Shown here: positions 23,639-37,391 of the stretch, piece by piece
Layout: every line of letters begins with the position of its first letter
Numbering within the stretch: position 1 is the stretch's first letter
Source: Alloascoidea hylecoeti
Lineage: Eukaryota
Assembly: GCA_001600815.1 (NCBI GenBank)
Contig: BCKZ01000019.1
Span: 124,001-188,000, forward strand
DNA: 64,000 nucleotides
Direction of reading: 5' to 3'
Made by a program: the position numbers and the translations under genes
The notes under the pieces: model-generated
What the model saw: the letters and a program-made list of their open reading frames with translations, nothing else
Told to the model about the DNA's origin: nothing
The model's database searches: none

Positions 23639-23859
23639 AAAATAATATTTAGATAGGTTAGAAAACGTTTTATATGTTATTTAGTAATATTTCATTAGAC
23701 AGCAGCTACTTCAACTCTTATGTAATACGTAATACCTAGATTACATAATAATATGTAATTAAACGTAAACTTTGATGCATTTTAAATCATTTGATAAATT
23801 GGTTGGATTTCTACTTAGTATTGATCCAGGACTAACCATCAATAGTAATTAAATTTTGG

Positions 23860-24344
23860 AACCCTTAAACTTGGGTGCTTTTTCATATTGATGTATAGGA
23901 ACTAATAACGTATTAACATCAAATACCAGGAATTGCTTCGTAAATTTTTTTTACCAGAAAGAATACAACCTTTTAATCTATCCAAAGTGCGTTATTTGGA
24001 AATAAATCACACATATTTTGTAAAGCATCTTCTAACTTTTTACCAGGATGCATAAGTATTGGTAATAGTTCATTATTATGTTTTGAAGTTGGTGGTGTTG
24101 AAAATGCATTATCTGAACTTTTTCATTTTTCATAAATTAATTCAGAATCACTTGCATTTTCATTTTCATTTCATTTTTTAAGTGTAAATACGTTTTTATA
24201 CGCTTCAGTAACAGAAATCGCAAAATTTGTACCGGTAAATTTAAAAGGTCCATCATAAAAAACTAAAAGATCTAATAATGCAATACCACCATGAATATTT
24301 TTTGATTTTGTAGCAGCATCCCATAACATTTTAACACCATAAAA
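23860..24344 (-). pseudogene. Disrupted fragment of an unidentified host-like gene
   Basis: The minus strand reads FYGVKMLWDAATKSKNIHGGIALLDLLVFYDGPFKFTGTNFAISVTEAYKNVF...ELLPILMHPGKKLEDALQNMCDLFPNN...DRLKGCILSG..YEAIPG.FDVNTLLVPIHQYEKAP with host-like codon usage, in-frame stops and frameshifts. Confidence 0.7.
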
Positions 24345-25160
24345 ACTGAGATAATATAGTGTACACGTACAGCTAATAGACTAAACACAAATTTAAAAGT
24401 CAATTGGCTTTTTGGCGTAACTGGGAGAAACAGGCACTTAGAACTTTGATACATACTGATCATTCATTTCTATATATATAACACTAAGTAGTTTCATTCA
24501 GCTTAATATCAAGGGGTTCTTACTGTGAAAATATTGCACAAACAAGCTTTAGATCTTTTATAATCATTTTCAATTCAAAAATTCGAATATGCATCCACAT
24601 GCACTTACATATCGATAAGCAGCATTGATGGTAATTGCAAATAAAAACGGAACAATCTTTTCCATATCAATATAACCGATTAAAATGTACTGTTATAAAC
24701 CCTTAATTATGAATTTCTTAAAATCACCATATATTTGTGTAGCCAAATACTAGCCATTAATATTCTGTTAATTAGTTAATTTTTATTAGAGCCTAGGTAA
24801 TGGAATAAGTTCCAGTGGGGCTGATTTACTTAAAACAAAACAAAATACACATTTAAAACATGTATCCAAAAAAGGTTTCCAAGATTATTTGACACTCAAC
24901 GATTGGTCATTAATTAAAATAGCTTATTATTGTGTTAGGTATTTCAACCTCTTTGGAGACTTGAATACTTTTTCAAGTCGGAGACTCCATCCTGTGCATA
25001 TGCATATCATCTCCATCATGTGTACTTCTACATATGAATAAAAATATAATGTATGAGCTTATTGCATTTCAGCGTCATTAGTGATGATAGTAAATATGTA
25101 AGGTATAAGTTATATAGCTCTTTTTAATTCCTTATTTATTATTCTTCTTCTTTCTCAGCA

Positions 25161-25732
25161 ATGTCAGAAGCACACAAAGGTACCGAAATGGGCAATATAT
25201 TTGAAGAAGCTTCCTTCACATTGAAAAACGAATTTCAAAATTTTCCCTGATTCTTTCAAGCTTTAATAATTGGCTCAACTAATTTACTATTTAGCTAAAT
25301 CTATAAAAGCTACGTTAATTACCTTGGAAATTAATAAAATCATTAATATTTTTTCAAAAAATGAAAAAAATGAAAAAGAACAATCTTCTTTAAAAGAAGA
25401 AAAATTATCAACCCTAAATGAACTGACAGAACTCAAAAATATCACTGGTGAGTTGAAAGATACCAATTCCCAACTATCTAATGAGTTAAATTTGAGTAAT
25501 CACATTCGAATGATAAACCAAGCTACTTCTTCATTTGGAGATAGAGATAGCAAACAAGATTGCAACTGATCTGAGTCTTATATTAAGTGAAAAGAAAGAT
25601 TACAATGAACAAATTATTGAAATGAAAAATATTTTATCTGGAATTTCAGAAAAGTTTGATGAGCGAATTGGTACCATATTTAATTTAGAAATCAGAAAGG
25701 TTGTATCCGATCATAAAAAAAAAAAAAATTAA
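25161..25732 (+). pseudogene. Frameshifted coiled-coil-like ORF remnants
   Basis: ATG 25161 MSEAHKGTEMGNIFEEASF..., then overlapping 99-aa and 65-aa heptad-like pieces in different frames. It could instead be a spliced small gene. Confidence 0.4.
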
Positions 25733-26569
25733 AGAAGCAACCCCAAATAAATAAATTAATCAACAAAAACCTACTTTATTATTTTGTAATTAATTGTGTT
25801 ACTTATATGTTCTATATTTGTATTTATCTATTTATTTTCTACATTCAAATTTTATTATTTCTTGATTAATTATGTTACAATTATATTTATCTACGTATAC
25901 AAATCTAAATTAAATCCTTCTTTAAATAAAATGGCTGGAACTGTAGTCCTTAACAATAATCCAACTTGCTGAGACTTGTGAAAGCAATCTAATTACTCCC
26001 CTAATCCTTGATTGTAATATTACACAGTTACACAATACTTATATACCTCCTTTATACCAAATGGTAAACACTATGATATTGTAGGGCATTACAGTTATAT
26101 CTACAGTGCTTTTCATATCGACTAACTAGTGTTGACCTATATAATCTTACACTGGCACCTTACTTCTTCAATTTGATACTTCAAATTCTCGCAAAGAGAT
26201 CCTACTGTTTAAGAAAGATATAGATACTGAATGCTGACCGGTACGTTTTGGACTCAAAATGAAAAATAGAGACAAATATTGTGGGAGTTGACGTAAGTCG
26301 CTTGCTATTTCACCTTTGAAAGATGATGATGTCCTTAATCAACAATACGTATACAGCGCTATAATTAAGTGAAGCAGGTAAGGAGTTTGGAAGAAATACC
26401 CATTATTATTGGCTTGGACATGAATCATTTACGTATATTATATCCTAAGAGATTATTATTACTGAGGATGTTTGCACAATTAATGTGCGCATATGCTATA
26501 GGAGTGAGAAAAATTAAGCATTGATGCTTTGACGTCGTGATATTTGTATATATTTGTGTAATTGTAAAT

Positions 26570-26920
26570 TAAAAGTAAAGTAATATTATATGAGTTATAA
26601 ATATCCAGTTCAACGATTGTTAATACTGTGTTAAAATACTATTGCATATATATTGTAAATTTAAATAATTAAGAACCTATTGGTGACCTTAGAGTGTCAT
26701 CAAAGATAACTATTATAAAACTAAAAACTTGAAGAACAAAGGAAATGAAAGAAAAGTATTAATATAACCAAAAAGGGCTTACCCTGAATTCAGCTAAACT
26801 CAAGCTAAAATGCTAAAGGATCCATATGCAAGTCTCTCAAACAAGGACTTATAGAGATACCCTAGATTTTCTAAAGAGATGAGTATGTATAGACATATGG
26901 TGCGGGGTTTAATAGGTTAA
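26570..26920 (+). mobile_element. Dispersed repeat family A, copy 2 (probable solo LTR)
   Basis: Similar to 7090-7340 (direct) and to 59320-59600 (inverted: aaccccgcaccat, gctgaattc, tataatag.tat...tcaccaata). Confidence 0.55.
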
Positions 26921-28299
26921 ATGGGTCTTAAACGGATGACTTTATCCTTTTTTTGAGTGATTTACTCTTATTTTTATATAGAGTATAGTATAAGTACTAT
27001 ATAGTTTATAAATAATATATAATCTGTGTATTTAATGTAAAAATTAACTAGCTATATCTCTTCTTTCTCTTCTCCGGTCTCTTCAACAGCTATTTTATAA
27101 ATGTGTATTACATTATAGATTAATTTGAGTTCGTCTTCCTTACTTTGAGAATCATAACTCGGGAATGACCTTATATAAATACTTACAGATAGATTATTAC
27201 ACTCGCGTCCAAACGCCCACAAGCGAACAACTATAGGATTGCCTAAGGCTCAATTGACACGACATACATAGTAGGGGGACGGATCGACGATTTGGAATTT
27301 CTATATTAGTGTATGCACATATGCATAAATACTGTATGAGGTACTATTTATGCACATGGGTATTAGTACCTGACTTTGTGCATGCATATACATACATATT
27401 ATTACATACTCTTACTATGTGTAATAAAATGGGACGGATGTGAAAAAAGCCTATATTTGAAAGCTTAGGGACTTCACAACGCAAGCCAAAAAGGAAAAAT
27501 AAGAATGTAGTAATTTATTTGGCCATTTTTCTATCGATTTACGTTTTTAAAATTATATTTAGTGTTGTTGGTGGATAACTTCATTAGGGTTGAAAAAAAT
27601 GGCTGCAGGTAAAAAGTTTTATGTCTGTCAATTTCGGTGAGCTGCATCATAAGCATATGCAGGTGATCTTCTATCGACAACTATAAGCAACTATGCATAA
27701 AGCCTTAAAAGTATAGCTCTAACTATTTCCAACAACATGATAAATATAATAGGTGACCTAAAGAAAAAACTCCAAGTCAAATTTTTGATTATGTATTGGT
27801 ATAAAAGCATATATAATTATCTAGGGTGCACGAATACGTAAGAGTCTAATTGTTGACATTTGGGGCCCGGGTATAGTTAACTGTTACTTTGAACTAGCGT
27901 AAATGATCGAGCTTGAGGGTAGTTGAAATATCCCTACGATCTAAAATTTTAAGATAATTATCGTATTATTATTAGGTGTGTCAATAAGTCTAATGTTATA
28001 ATCGTCGTAAAGTAAATATATGAATCGACAATATTAATCCTCACTTTATAATTCTAATAATAATGTTATCAATTTGAAGTAAAGCCATATTTAGTCCATC
28101 CAAGGATCATAATTGTATAAACCTACAACTTGGTAAACTTAAAAGTAAGTTTCTTTTTTTTTTGGATACTTGCATCTAGGTAGCGAGAAGTACTAAGAAC
28201 CCTTCTGAAAAATATAGATATGAAACATTTTCGATATTTGAGTATACTGAGTACGCTTATCAGAATGAGAAAAACTAAAGAAACATAAATGGATGGTTA

Positions 28300-28625
28300 A
28301 AAGATAAGTTGGACGCTTGGAATTTGGTTATACAGTGTAGCGTGGTTGGTGATCCTAATTGCAGAAACAAAGGAGCAACCACCCGTTCCCGCATACAACT
28401 TTTGGGGGACCTTTTATAAGATTCCCGTTTTATCTTCATGCAGGATAATGCATCTATAGATAGGTGGAATCAAGATAAATTGTTTTAACGATAAGGAGAT
28501 AGAGGCGTTGGAGTGACTGCCTTATTTGGACCTAAATCCAATTAAGCAGTGAGACGTGACTGAGATCTCATATAAGTATCAGAGTACCTTTGATGATCCG
28601 ATTGACTCCATGCCTCGTAGAATAG
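28300..28625 (+). mobile_element. Second Tc1-type transposase relic
   Basis: RFIFMQDNASI at 28426 (second catalytic D motif), then FNDKEIEALE*LPYLDLNPIK (consensus W.P.SPDLNPIE), then IDSMPRRI at ~28600. Confidence 0.88.
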
Positions 28626-31600
28626 GAATAGCAGCTGTTAACTTGTATAATCACGAGATCGTACGTGATGGGTATGGGTAACCATGATATTAATCTAAAG
28701 AATTCAGCAACTAGATGTACACATGTATATTATTCTGAACAGTCTACGAATTGAATGTAATTGTAGATGGTTGTTAAATTCTATTAATACTTAGAAAAAA
28801 GTAACTAATTGTAAATTATTCGGGAACCCCTGTAACACCTCCAATTGACAGAGCTTATTCTGATGTCTGCAACGTTGAGTTATTAATTAAAATATCATAA
28901 TTGTTATATTCTATAAAAGAAAAGATATAAAATTTATATATATAGAGATATTTTGATCTTTATGATCTACATAAAAACATCATAACTATAGTGTATTAAC
29001 CATCTCAAATTACCCATGCCGAATTCTCAGTGGTATTATTGTAGACATATGTATTATAAAAGATATACGAATTATTCTTAGTCTCAGTTAGTGACCGTTT
29101 GTATTTTTGGTCCTTATAATTCATGAAATTCAATGCATATGCATAGCTAAAATGGATAATTATAATGTTTAACATTAGAGTATTATAAACCTTAACCTTT
29201 TATATATAAGATAAGTCAAATATATTCCAAATTTCCAATAGAGATATCATATTTTCTAACATTTACTACGGAGAGTCTCATCACATATGGCTGAGCTATA
29301 TATGTAACTAGATCCAGCTCACTTTATAAGACAATATTTAGATGTACTGCAATTAGTATTTTCTCATGTAGCTATATGAATATTTAGGTACAGATTAACT
29401 ATAATCTACCTTATTTCATTCATAATTATAGATCTTCTTTGATAAAAAGGTTCTTATAGACCCAGATTTTTACAGAACGAGAAATTAATTGAAATATATC
29501 ACGGAACACAGTATTCAATTGGCTAAATTTAAGGCTTGTAATTATATTTTGGCACGCGCTCGATCCATGATCGCGTTTGAAACTCCTGTGTCATTTGTTT
29601 GAAAGTATAACGAATATTAAAATTTTAACAATATCTTTAATACTATCAGTACCCCGCGCAAACGATAATATTAATGCTGTCATGAAATTCAAAGCTTGTT
29701 AGACCAATTGAAACATCTATAATTGCGATCGGATTAATTGATAATAAATTTAAAGTATTATAGAACAGATGAAAGAGCCGTCAGTTGCTACTCCTTTCTC
29801 GAATATGAATTTTACTTATTTTACCAAGGTTTTAGGTTTGTTCTTATTTCAGCTGAAATATTAGTAATTTCAGCTATTTAGGATATATGTCTTATACTTA
29901 GTTATCTAGTACCTAAAGTTATTTTTCTAATATTTTATCCTTATATACACATTAAGAAATTTGAAAAAAAATGTAATCAAAATACAATTATTGTAATTGA
30001 CATTCAGGCATAAATATGATATATAAGTTTTCAAATGCAATATAACATTCTTTTCAAAGGTTTATTTCAATATGAAATAGTAATTGAAGTTGAGACAAAT
30101 TTAATTTGGTTATTTATCTGAAGATATTCGTAGTATATTGATTTATACTTTATGGTAAGATATTCAATTTCAAACCCAAAACACGTTAAAAAAACTCCTA
30201 TAGACTTATAAACTATATTTAAATTTTATAAATTCTGTATCAATCACAATTTTTCATGGTTCTACAGCTGGATGAACGATTTTATTAATTAGTAATAAGT
30301 TTAAGCTTGGCAGCCATTATTATTCGTATTAAACTATGATAACATAATATTACTTTTCCTTTGGTGGATCATATTCCACTCCTTTGTACAACTTCTCTCA
30401 AAAAAAATTGTGGTAGCGCATCAAAAACCCCGGTTTTATAACTAAATCTAATTTTCCTGTTTTGAGTGTGTCTTGTTGGATCCTCAATTTCTACTACTAT
30501 TTAACGGAAAGGAATAATCTTCTCTATACCCATATAATAACTATATTCTGATATATTGATCGACAGGAGTGTACAACAATCAACCACCTTCAAAATTGGA
30601 AGATATTAAATTAAATAAAAAGAAAGCAATTTTATCTTAATAAACCTGTTGCTAGCAAATGTAATGCTTAGCTTTCAAATGAAATTTAATTTTAATAATT
30701 AAACCAAAGAATATTCTCAGGATTCTCCTGTTGAAGTGTGCTATTCAACTAATTGACTTAGGTATGGGAAACATTAATTTTCGACCTCTGAGTTAAATAG
30801 TTTTGAACACAACCACCGAATGTTCATGTAGCCAGCAAATTCATATATATCATTTATTAGTTCACAGATCAATCGCCAATATTTTTTGAATATATATATA
30901 ATTAGAAGGAAATTTGGGGCCGGAGCCCTATAAGAAAACCAAAGCAGTTTGGTTACAATTGTGTGAACCTTAGCTATAATTATTATAAACTTTTTTCACT
31001 CAAAATCCATATTTCTATTCATTCTTCCTATATCAATCTCCTACTCGTTTCTAGATCTCTCTATAGATCTATACCAGTATCTCTGTACTCTTGATTGATA
31101 GTTTATAATAACTAAATATATTTACAATTATATATATAAATCTGATAAATATCCAGTCGGTATATATATATATATATGTGTGTGTGATGTGTGTGTTCGG
31201 CTGTGAATATTCTAATTTTATAAATCTATGGCATATACTACATTGCCCTCTTTAAATTAATATATTATTTTAGATTTTTTTATTTTGAAATGACATCTTT
31301 TATCTGTGATTTTATCCTCCAATTCACAATTATTAAATTTGATGTATATATCTGGGTATTGTATTTATATAAAGGCTGTGAACTATAAACTCAAGTACGG
31401 CACTACACACCAAATGTTGGTTTACAATAACCATTATTTTGCAGGTAAAATATTATGTGGTTGGAAGTATTTATCTTTAAAATTAAGTCAAAGGAAACAT
31501 AAATGAGATCTTCAAGTGAAGTTTGATATCATGACCATCACAACAATAAAGTCAAAAGATCAACTATTGTTAGTGCCTTAAGCTTCAACTGAATAAATAT

Positions 31601-34600
31601 ATGTGAAACATGAGAGAGAATACTATTACCAGCGGAATATATATATTTAAAGTTTAAAGATAACAAAAATATGAGAAGAAGAATTAATATATCTCAGGAA
31701 AAATAGAAGACAAATTAAACTTAAGAACCAAGGAAGAATCTAAGAGTAAGGCAGGTTTCGCCTCTTATTGATTTTCCACCATAACATTACACAACTTAAA
31801 ATTAACATGATTATTTTAACCTTCCTATATAGTTTAATTTTTCGAAATCTGACCTACTACGTGTGATAAAACTTTAACTGAAACTCATCCAATAACAAGT
31901 ACACCAATGGATCTTCTGGATCTTCTATATCTGTATACTGTCACAGATTTTCTAGATTTTTGTTGTAACATCCTGCAGCAATCTTTATTTTCTTAATTAT
32001 AATCATATTTAATTCTTCCTTATGTTAATAGCATAATTAATATTGTCATGATCACTAGAAATAGAGCTTACCAAGAAGTATAAGAATTATTATTATACAA
32101 AAGATGGTATTGACAATAATTTCCCATAGTAATGGGAACTCATACCCTACTTGATGGCAGATGAGTCCGAAAGGGATATTTACTTAACTGGCTGTATTAC
32201 ACAATTACCACTCTGATTTAACATTGGAAATGAGATCAGTTTTGTCATGATTATTACAATGGAAAGTGATAGGAAAAAAAATAAAATAGAGATATAGGAA
32301 TATATAAATGTATAATATTTTTTCTAGATGGTGCAAAAAGAAGGTAATAATTAATTCATAAATTCTATCCTAGAAAATACTATTCAAAATAATCAAGGTT
32401 ATAAATCAACATCTTTCTGTTGCTTGAGACCTATTGTAATTAGTTTTAATAATCATATACCTATACACCCGCAAATGAATTAACTTAGTATATAACAGTT
32501 TTACTCGAATACCTGGCTAATATGTATTTTGTTATTAACTATAATCTATAGTATTGTTCTCAGTTTAATTTATAAAGGGTAGAATAAAAGAAGATCATCG
32601 ACATAAGCTTTTGATCTTCATGTATTCCTCCACTTATTTGTCACAACCACATATAAAATATATGGTATGCTATACAATCTTAAACTTAAGGCTGCAGTTA
32701 AAGTAAATATGAGTTATATTTAAGTCCTTATAGTTATTGCATGTACTGGTGCTAATATGATGATGTTGCATTACCATCATATTATTATAAGCCAAAACAA
32801 ATAAATACATCATTTTCCGTTTATTTGATAGAATTTAAATATATAACTATAAATCTGACCGGATCTTAAGAACTTATTTTTATTGAAGATGATATATTTT
32901 CTGGTGTGCAATGTCTGTCTTCGCTCACATACTGTGTGGAGTGCATACCCTATACCACGTGCGGAAGTTTACTGGTTGAAGATTGATACAATTAAAAGGA
33001 TATAAGTCAGGGTTTAATCAAGTGATAGATATTGTGATACGACTTCCATGAAGTTCCGGTTTAAAAGGATATATCATGCATATATGACTTAATTAACCCA
33101 CCCAATCTACTATAATCAACAAATTCAAACCCTCCTTAAAGATACATGTAGCTGTATATGTCGACCACGGAAAATGCATACTCAATTATAAATTTAAATC
33201 AAATTGTTTAAAATTCGAAGGTGGAAACTATAGCCGAAAATGGACCATTCTGATAAATATACACCTGCATATATGGAAATATTTCGCGCTCCTTCTTAAA
33301 ATTAAGAGTTTCACATAATCTCGATTCTTATACAATGAGCAATAGATATCAGTATACATTCGAAGCAGTCTTTTTCGCAGTCATAATTGAATTTTTATTT
33401 TCAATTCAACAATGCCAAAAGTTTATTCTGAACAGCTTCGGGCCTAATTATTTAATAGTTTTAATTTTTTTTCTTCTTCTTTATTTCTAGGACTTTTTTA
33501 TTTTTTGCCACGAGTGAAATTAATTTTCTGATTTTAGTTGTATAACATTATAATCGTTTAGCAATCTATGATTATGATTATTATTGATATGTAAATTTTA
33601 TATAGAGAACTTGCGTACCGATCGCGTCTCCTAGAATTTGAGCCTTTCTCAGTTTCTGGACTTCTTTTTTGGTTTTTATATACGCCATTTTGGTACGGAA
33701 CTGGACACTTAAAAATTAAGTGTTACAGAGAATACAATCTCAAGTTAGTTTTCTGAACTCGCGATTGGTGGTAGACTCGTAGTTGGTACGTAACTTACGA
33801 TACTTAATAGTATTAAAAATTGTAAGCTCAAGTAGTCTAATATATGCCATGTCTAGTTACAGTAGCTTTAATATTTTATATAAGTATTAAGAACATTGTT
33901 TTTACTATGAGAAGCTTTAAAACTACATTACAACAATTTCGGCTCATCTTATTTTTCCTAATACTATGATGATTAAATCATCTTATTTTAGGTTTCAAAA
34001 GTATGTTTTATGTTTTAAGTTTATAGTTTTTAATTGATGATAATTGACATTTATTCATCTATCAATTCATCCTGTGCCGGTCATACCTGGAGAATTTAGA
34101 TTACTCACGAATTTTGATCAGTCGTGATTATTATTATTAAACTTCCAACGGGATCGCTGAACTTATAAATAACCATTCCAATCTTATATTTTTCTACACC
34201 CCTTTAATTAAATTAATTAAATTAATTAAATCCATGCTATTGTAAATAATAAAAATCATTACAATCTATCTGACTTTTCATTGATTCATTCAAATACAAT
34301 ATTTCCATTGAGTGGTAATAGAATTAGTTCATAGAAATGTTCCTTTAATTATAAATGCATGTAGTTCTATAATCCAGATCATATGCTTAAATTATGAGAT
34401 TAGAGTTGGGAAATCTTTTGGGAAGCATTCAGCAAATAAAAGCAGCATAGTAATATAGTATTAAACACCACCATGGCCATTTGCAACTTTTGTCATAGTA
34501 ACATTTAAATATATAGGCACATATAATCAATTTTCTATAGCGGTACATTTATGATTAAGATTAAGCCTTCGAGAAATAACCGTATTACCATTAAGTGTAC

Positions 34601-34722
34601 AATGTCTACAGCTTATTCTACCAATATATATGTATAATTAAATATATTCGCTGAAGAAAAAAGAATGATTATTATTATATGCAAATGCGGAGCTAATATA
34701 TTTTTAATATATGTACTTAGGG

Positions 34723-35040
34723 CTTACTTAAAGCTTGGTAAAAACTTACTTCTCGTACTGTGTTTGTACCTATTATCAAAGGTCTTATCAGGAGTTTGAT
34801 CTATGTTTTCCGGAATCAGGCTGCAGAAGCATGAGTAATAATCATAGAACCGAGAACGTTTTATAATCACTTGGACCTTACTTAAAGCTTGATGAAAACT
34901 AGCTTTTTGGCTCTGTAGTATGTACAACGGGGTACCTATTCTCAGGAGGTCTTATCAGAGAGTGTTTTGTAGAGGTTTTTTCCGAGATCAGGCTGCAGAA
35001 TCATGAGTAATAATTATGGAACCGAGAACAATTTATAATT
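34723..35040 (+). repeat. Diverged tandem duplication, 2 x ~155-167 bp, upstream of RME1
   Basis: cttacttaaagcttg at 34723/34877; ggtcttatcag at 34781/34948; atcaggctgcagaa.catgagtaataat and aaccgagaac in both copies. Confidence 0.9.
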
Positions 35041-35912
35041 GATCTCCCTGTAAAGACAAAGTCAAAATACTTACGTGTATAATTAAAATAGGAAATATAT
35101 ATCAAGCCAATGTGAATATTTCTCCAATACTATTAAGGTCTGTGAAATATTAAGAACAAATGTAACTTACACATATTATTATAATCGGATCAATAAATAT
35201 TACTAGTTAATGATTGTGTCATATTTCAGCTACCATAGGAGTATCAATTTTTGCGTAAGAATTCATCAAGCATTGTTTAGAAGTAGCAACACAGGGGTCA
35301 GTAAAATATAACACGCATATTTTTTAAATATTCCAAATAAAATGTGATACACAATATATCTCATAATGCGAAAGAGAGAGATTTTCACGTCAAAATTGTT
35401 GAACATGCATGTTAACTTCTGTAGATTTATTAAATTATGCGACTAATACAATGTCTTTGTGGATAATAACCCCTGACTATCTAATATCTATAGGAAAGAC
35501 TTAAGGCATGAGCATGCTAATAATGCTAGTGGTGTTATAATCACTGTAGTATTAAATGGTATACGATTACAAAATACAAGCGTTATTTGCATAAATCAAG
35601 AAGCTGTATGATATCTACAATCATGCATCTATTTTTTAAAGTGTGATGCATATATATGCACCATTGCATTTACTATTAAACTATTTGCGTCTCGCAAACT
35701 ATATGCATGAAGCCTAAATTGTCCAAAACGATGAACTTCATCATTATTATATATGCAAGAAATCCAAAAACTAATAAATGTACTCAATTTCCTAAAGTTT
35801 TGAAATTGTTATATTAAAACAAGATATACCAGCTATTTCTTTCTTTTCAAAAACCACATTCATTTTTACATAACTCAACATATTATCTTGTAATCTTAAG
35901 ATTCTATTACAC

Positions 35913-37391
35913 ATGCTCAATTCCCATAACACGAACCAAAATTTCAATCAGGAATACTTATCAAGACATTGGAAGCCACAAACATATAATAATAAACAAA
36001 TGATCTCCTTTTTTTCAATGGATCAAGTTAGAGTTCCAGCCAAAGTGCCTATTATGTCTGATCAAGATCAACAAAACAACCAACGCCATTATTCACTTGG
36101 CACAAATGATGGTTCTTGGTATGATGTATCTCACACTCCAACGCCCTCCAAAAGTACGGCAATTTCAACGCTCGTTTCTTTAGAAAGAAGAAATGGTGAA
36201 TCAGAAACAATTGAGAACCCGATGATTGCGGCTGGTATGGATATGAATTCGCTATCTGACAATTTAGCACCTAGAATAATGTCCCAGAGTTTACCCGAAT
36301 CACCGAGATCAATGGACATGGAATTCTATTCTAATGTGGGACAAACAGGTTATCATCCTTCTAGTTTACAACAACATCAAGAGTCCTCGGCTCACAATGA
36401 AAACCAGAGATACGACTTGATGGACCAAAGAATCCAAAGACACCAACCTGGTCAAATTTTCCACGAAAAAGAACAAATGGATTTGTTTCATAATGCTGGA
36501 ATGGTTTCTCAGTCGCAACTAGTTCATCCAAACAGTATAACAACAAGTATGAATATGGAAGGCAATATCAATCCTACTACTTCCCATTTCGGATTGGAAC
36601 AAACTCCATCTTTATATACTCCTGCAATAATGATAGAAGACATGAGTATTGGACATCCATATTTCGATGAAACAGCTTGGTCATTATCTCCTGGTGGTAT
36701 GGCAGCTGAGAAAAGTTACAGCGATGGTGATTATGGTACTGAAGCAAGCACTCCTGGTGATCAAATTACTCCTGTTGACTCCTGCTGTAGTGAAACTTAT
36801 AATCATCTTCCTTCATCATATTCTTCTTTCACTATCACAGGATTTCCTCCACAATATACAGGAAGTACATCCTCATTAAATAGTGACAGAATGGCTAGTC
36901 CTTTAGAACACCTTACACAGCAATCGGAGAGACCAGAAAAGGATTTACCTCTTTATGAACAATTAAAGCAAAGCAAGGTAATCTGGAATAAGATACTGAC
37001 TACAAATAAAAAGGGTGTTTATAAGTGTAACCATTGTACAGAAAAATTTACAAAACTTGATAAATTCGCACAGCATTTGGATTATTACCAAATATCGCGA
37101 CTATTTAAATGCAAACACTATTCATGTCCTTGGAGCATTATTGGACTAAATAGTGCAAGTGAATTAAGAAGACATTTAAAGCATCAGCATAATGAAAAAG
37201 GAATGCAGTACAACTGTGAATATTGTTCTAAACCATTCAATAGATCGGACTCTGTTCAGAGACATGAAAAGTTAGTCCATCAAAATAAATCATCTCGCTA
37301 CAACAAGAGAATCAATAAGGCAAAAACATTACAATTACAAAAGTCTCAAGAAGAAGCAAGAAAAACTCGAGAACAAATGAAATTAAAATAA
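35913..37391 (+). CDS. RME1: C2H2 zinc-finger transcription factor Rme1
   Basis: Three C-terminal fingers, including the Rme1-type CPWSIIGL...LRRH..QH and F.RSDSVQRHEKLVHQNKSSRYNKR (cf. CPWKILG...LRRH / RH..MVH.N..SRFNKR). Exact start ATG uncertain. Confidence 0.88.
   Translation: MLNSHNTNQNFNQEYLSRHWKPQTYNNKQMISFFSMDQVRVPAKVPIMSDQDQQNNQRHYSLGTNDGSWYDVSHTPTPSKSTAISTLVSLERRNGESETIENPMIAAGMDMNSLSDNLAPRIMSQSLPESPRSMDMEFYSNVGQTGYHPSSLQQHQESSAHNENQRYDLMDQRIQRHQPGQIFHEKEQMDLFHNAGMVSQSQLVHPNSITTSMNMEGNINPTTSHFGLEQTPSLYTPAIMIEDMSIGHPYFDETAWSLSPGGMAAEKSYSDGDYGTEASTPGDQITPVDSCCSETYNHLPSSYSSFTITGFPPQYTGSTSSLNSDRMASPLEHLTQQSERPEKDLPLYEQLKQSKVIWNKILTTNKKGVYKCNHCTEKFTKLDKFAQHLDYYQISRLFKCKHYSCPWSIIGLNSASELRRHLKHQHNEKGMQYNCEYCSKPFNRSDSVQRHEKLVHQNKSSRYNKRINKAKTLQLQKSQEEARKTREQMKLK

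Noticed and set aside
30411..30419. TGGTAGCGC, matching a tRNA-iMet primer-binding site of Ty elements
   Set aside because: Not directly preceded by an LTR-terminal CA, and no gag-like ORF follows; a 9-mer match alone is insufficient.
32130..32180. CAGATGAGTCCGAAAGGGAT resembles a hammerhead ribozyme core and stem II, next to a TTCCCAT/ATGGGAA hairpin
   Set aside because: The core is CAGATGA rather than CTGATGA, the GAAA after stem II is missing, and stems I and III cannot be formed.
24400..34700. Apparent TpA richness of relic DNA suggesting RIP
   Set aside because: Not quantified; neutral AT-rich decay explains it, and RIP is not established in budding yeasts.
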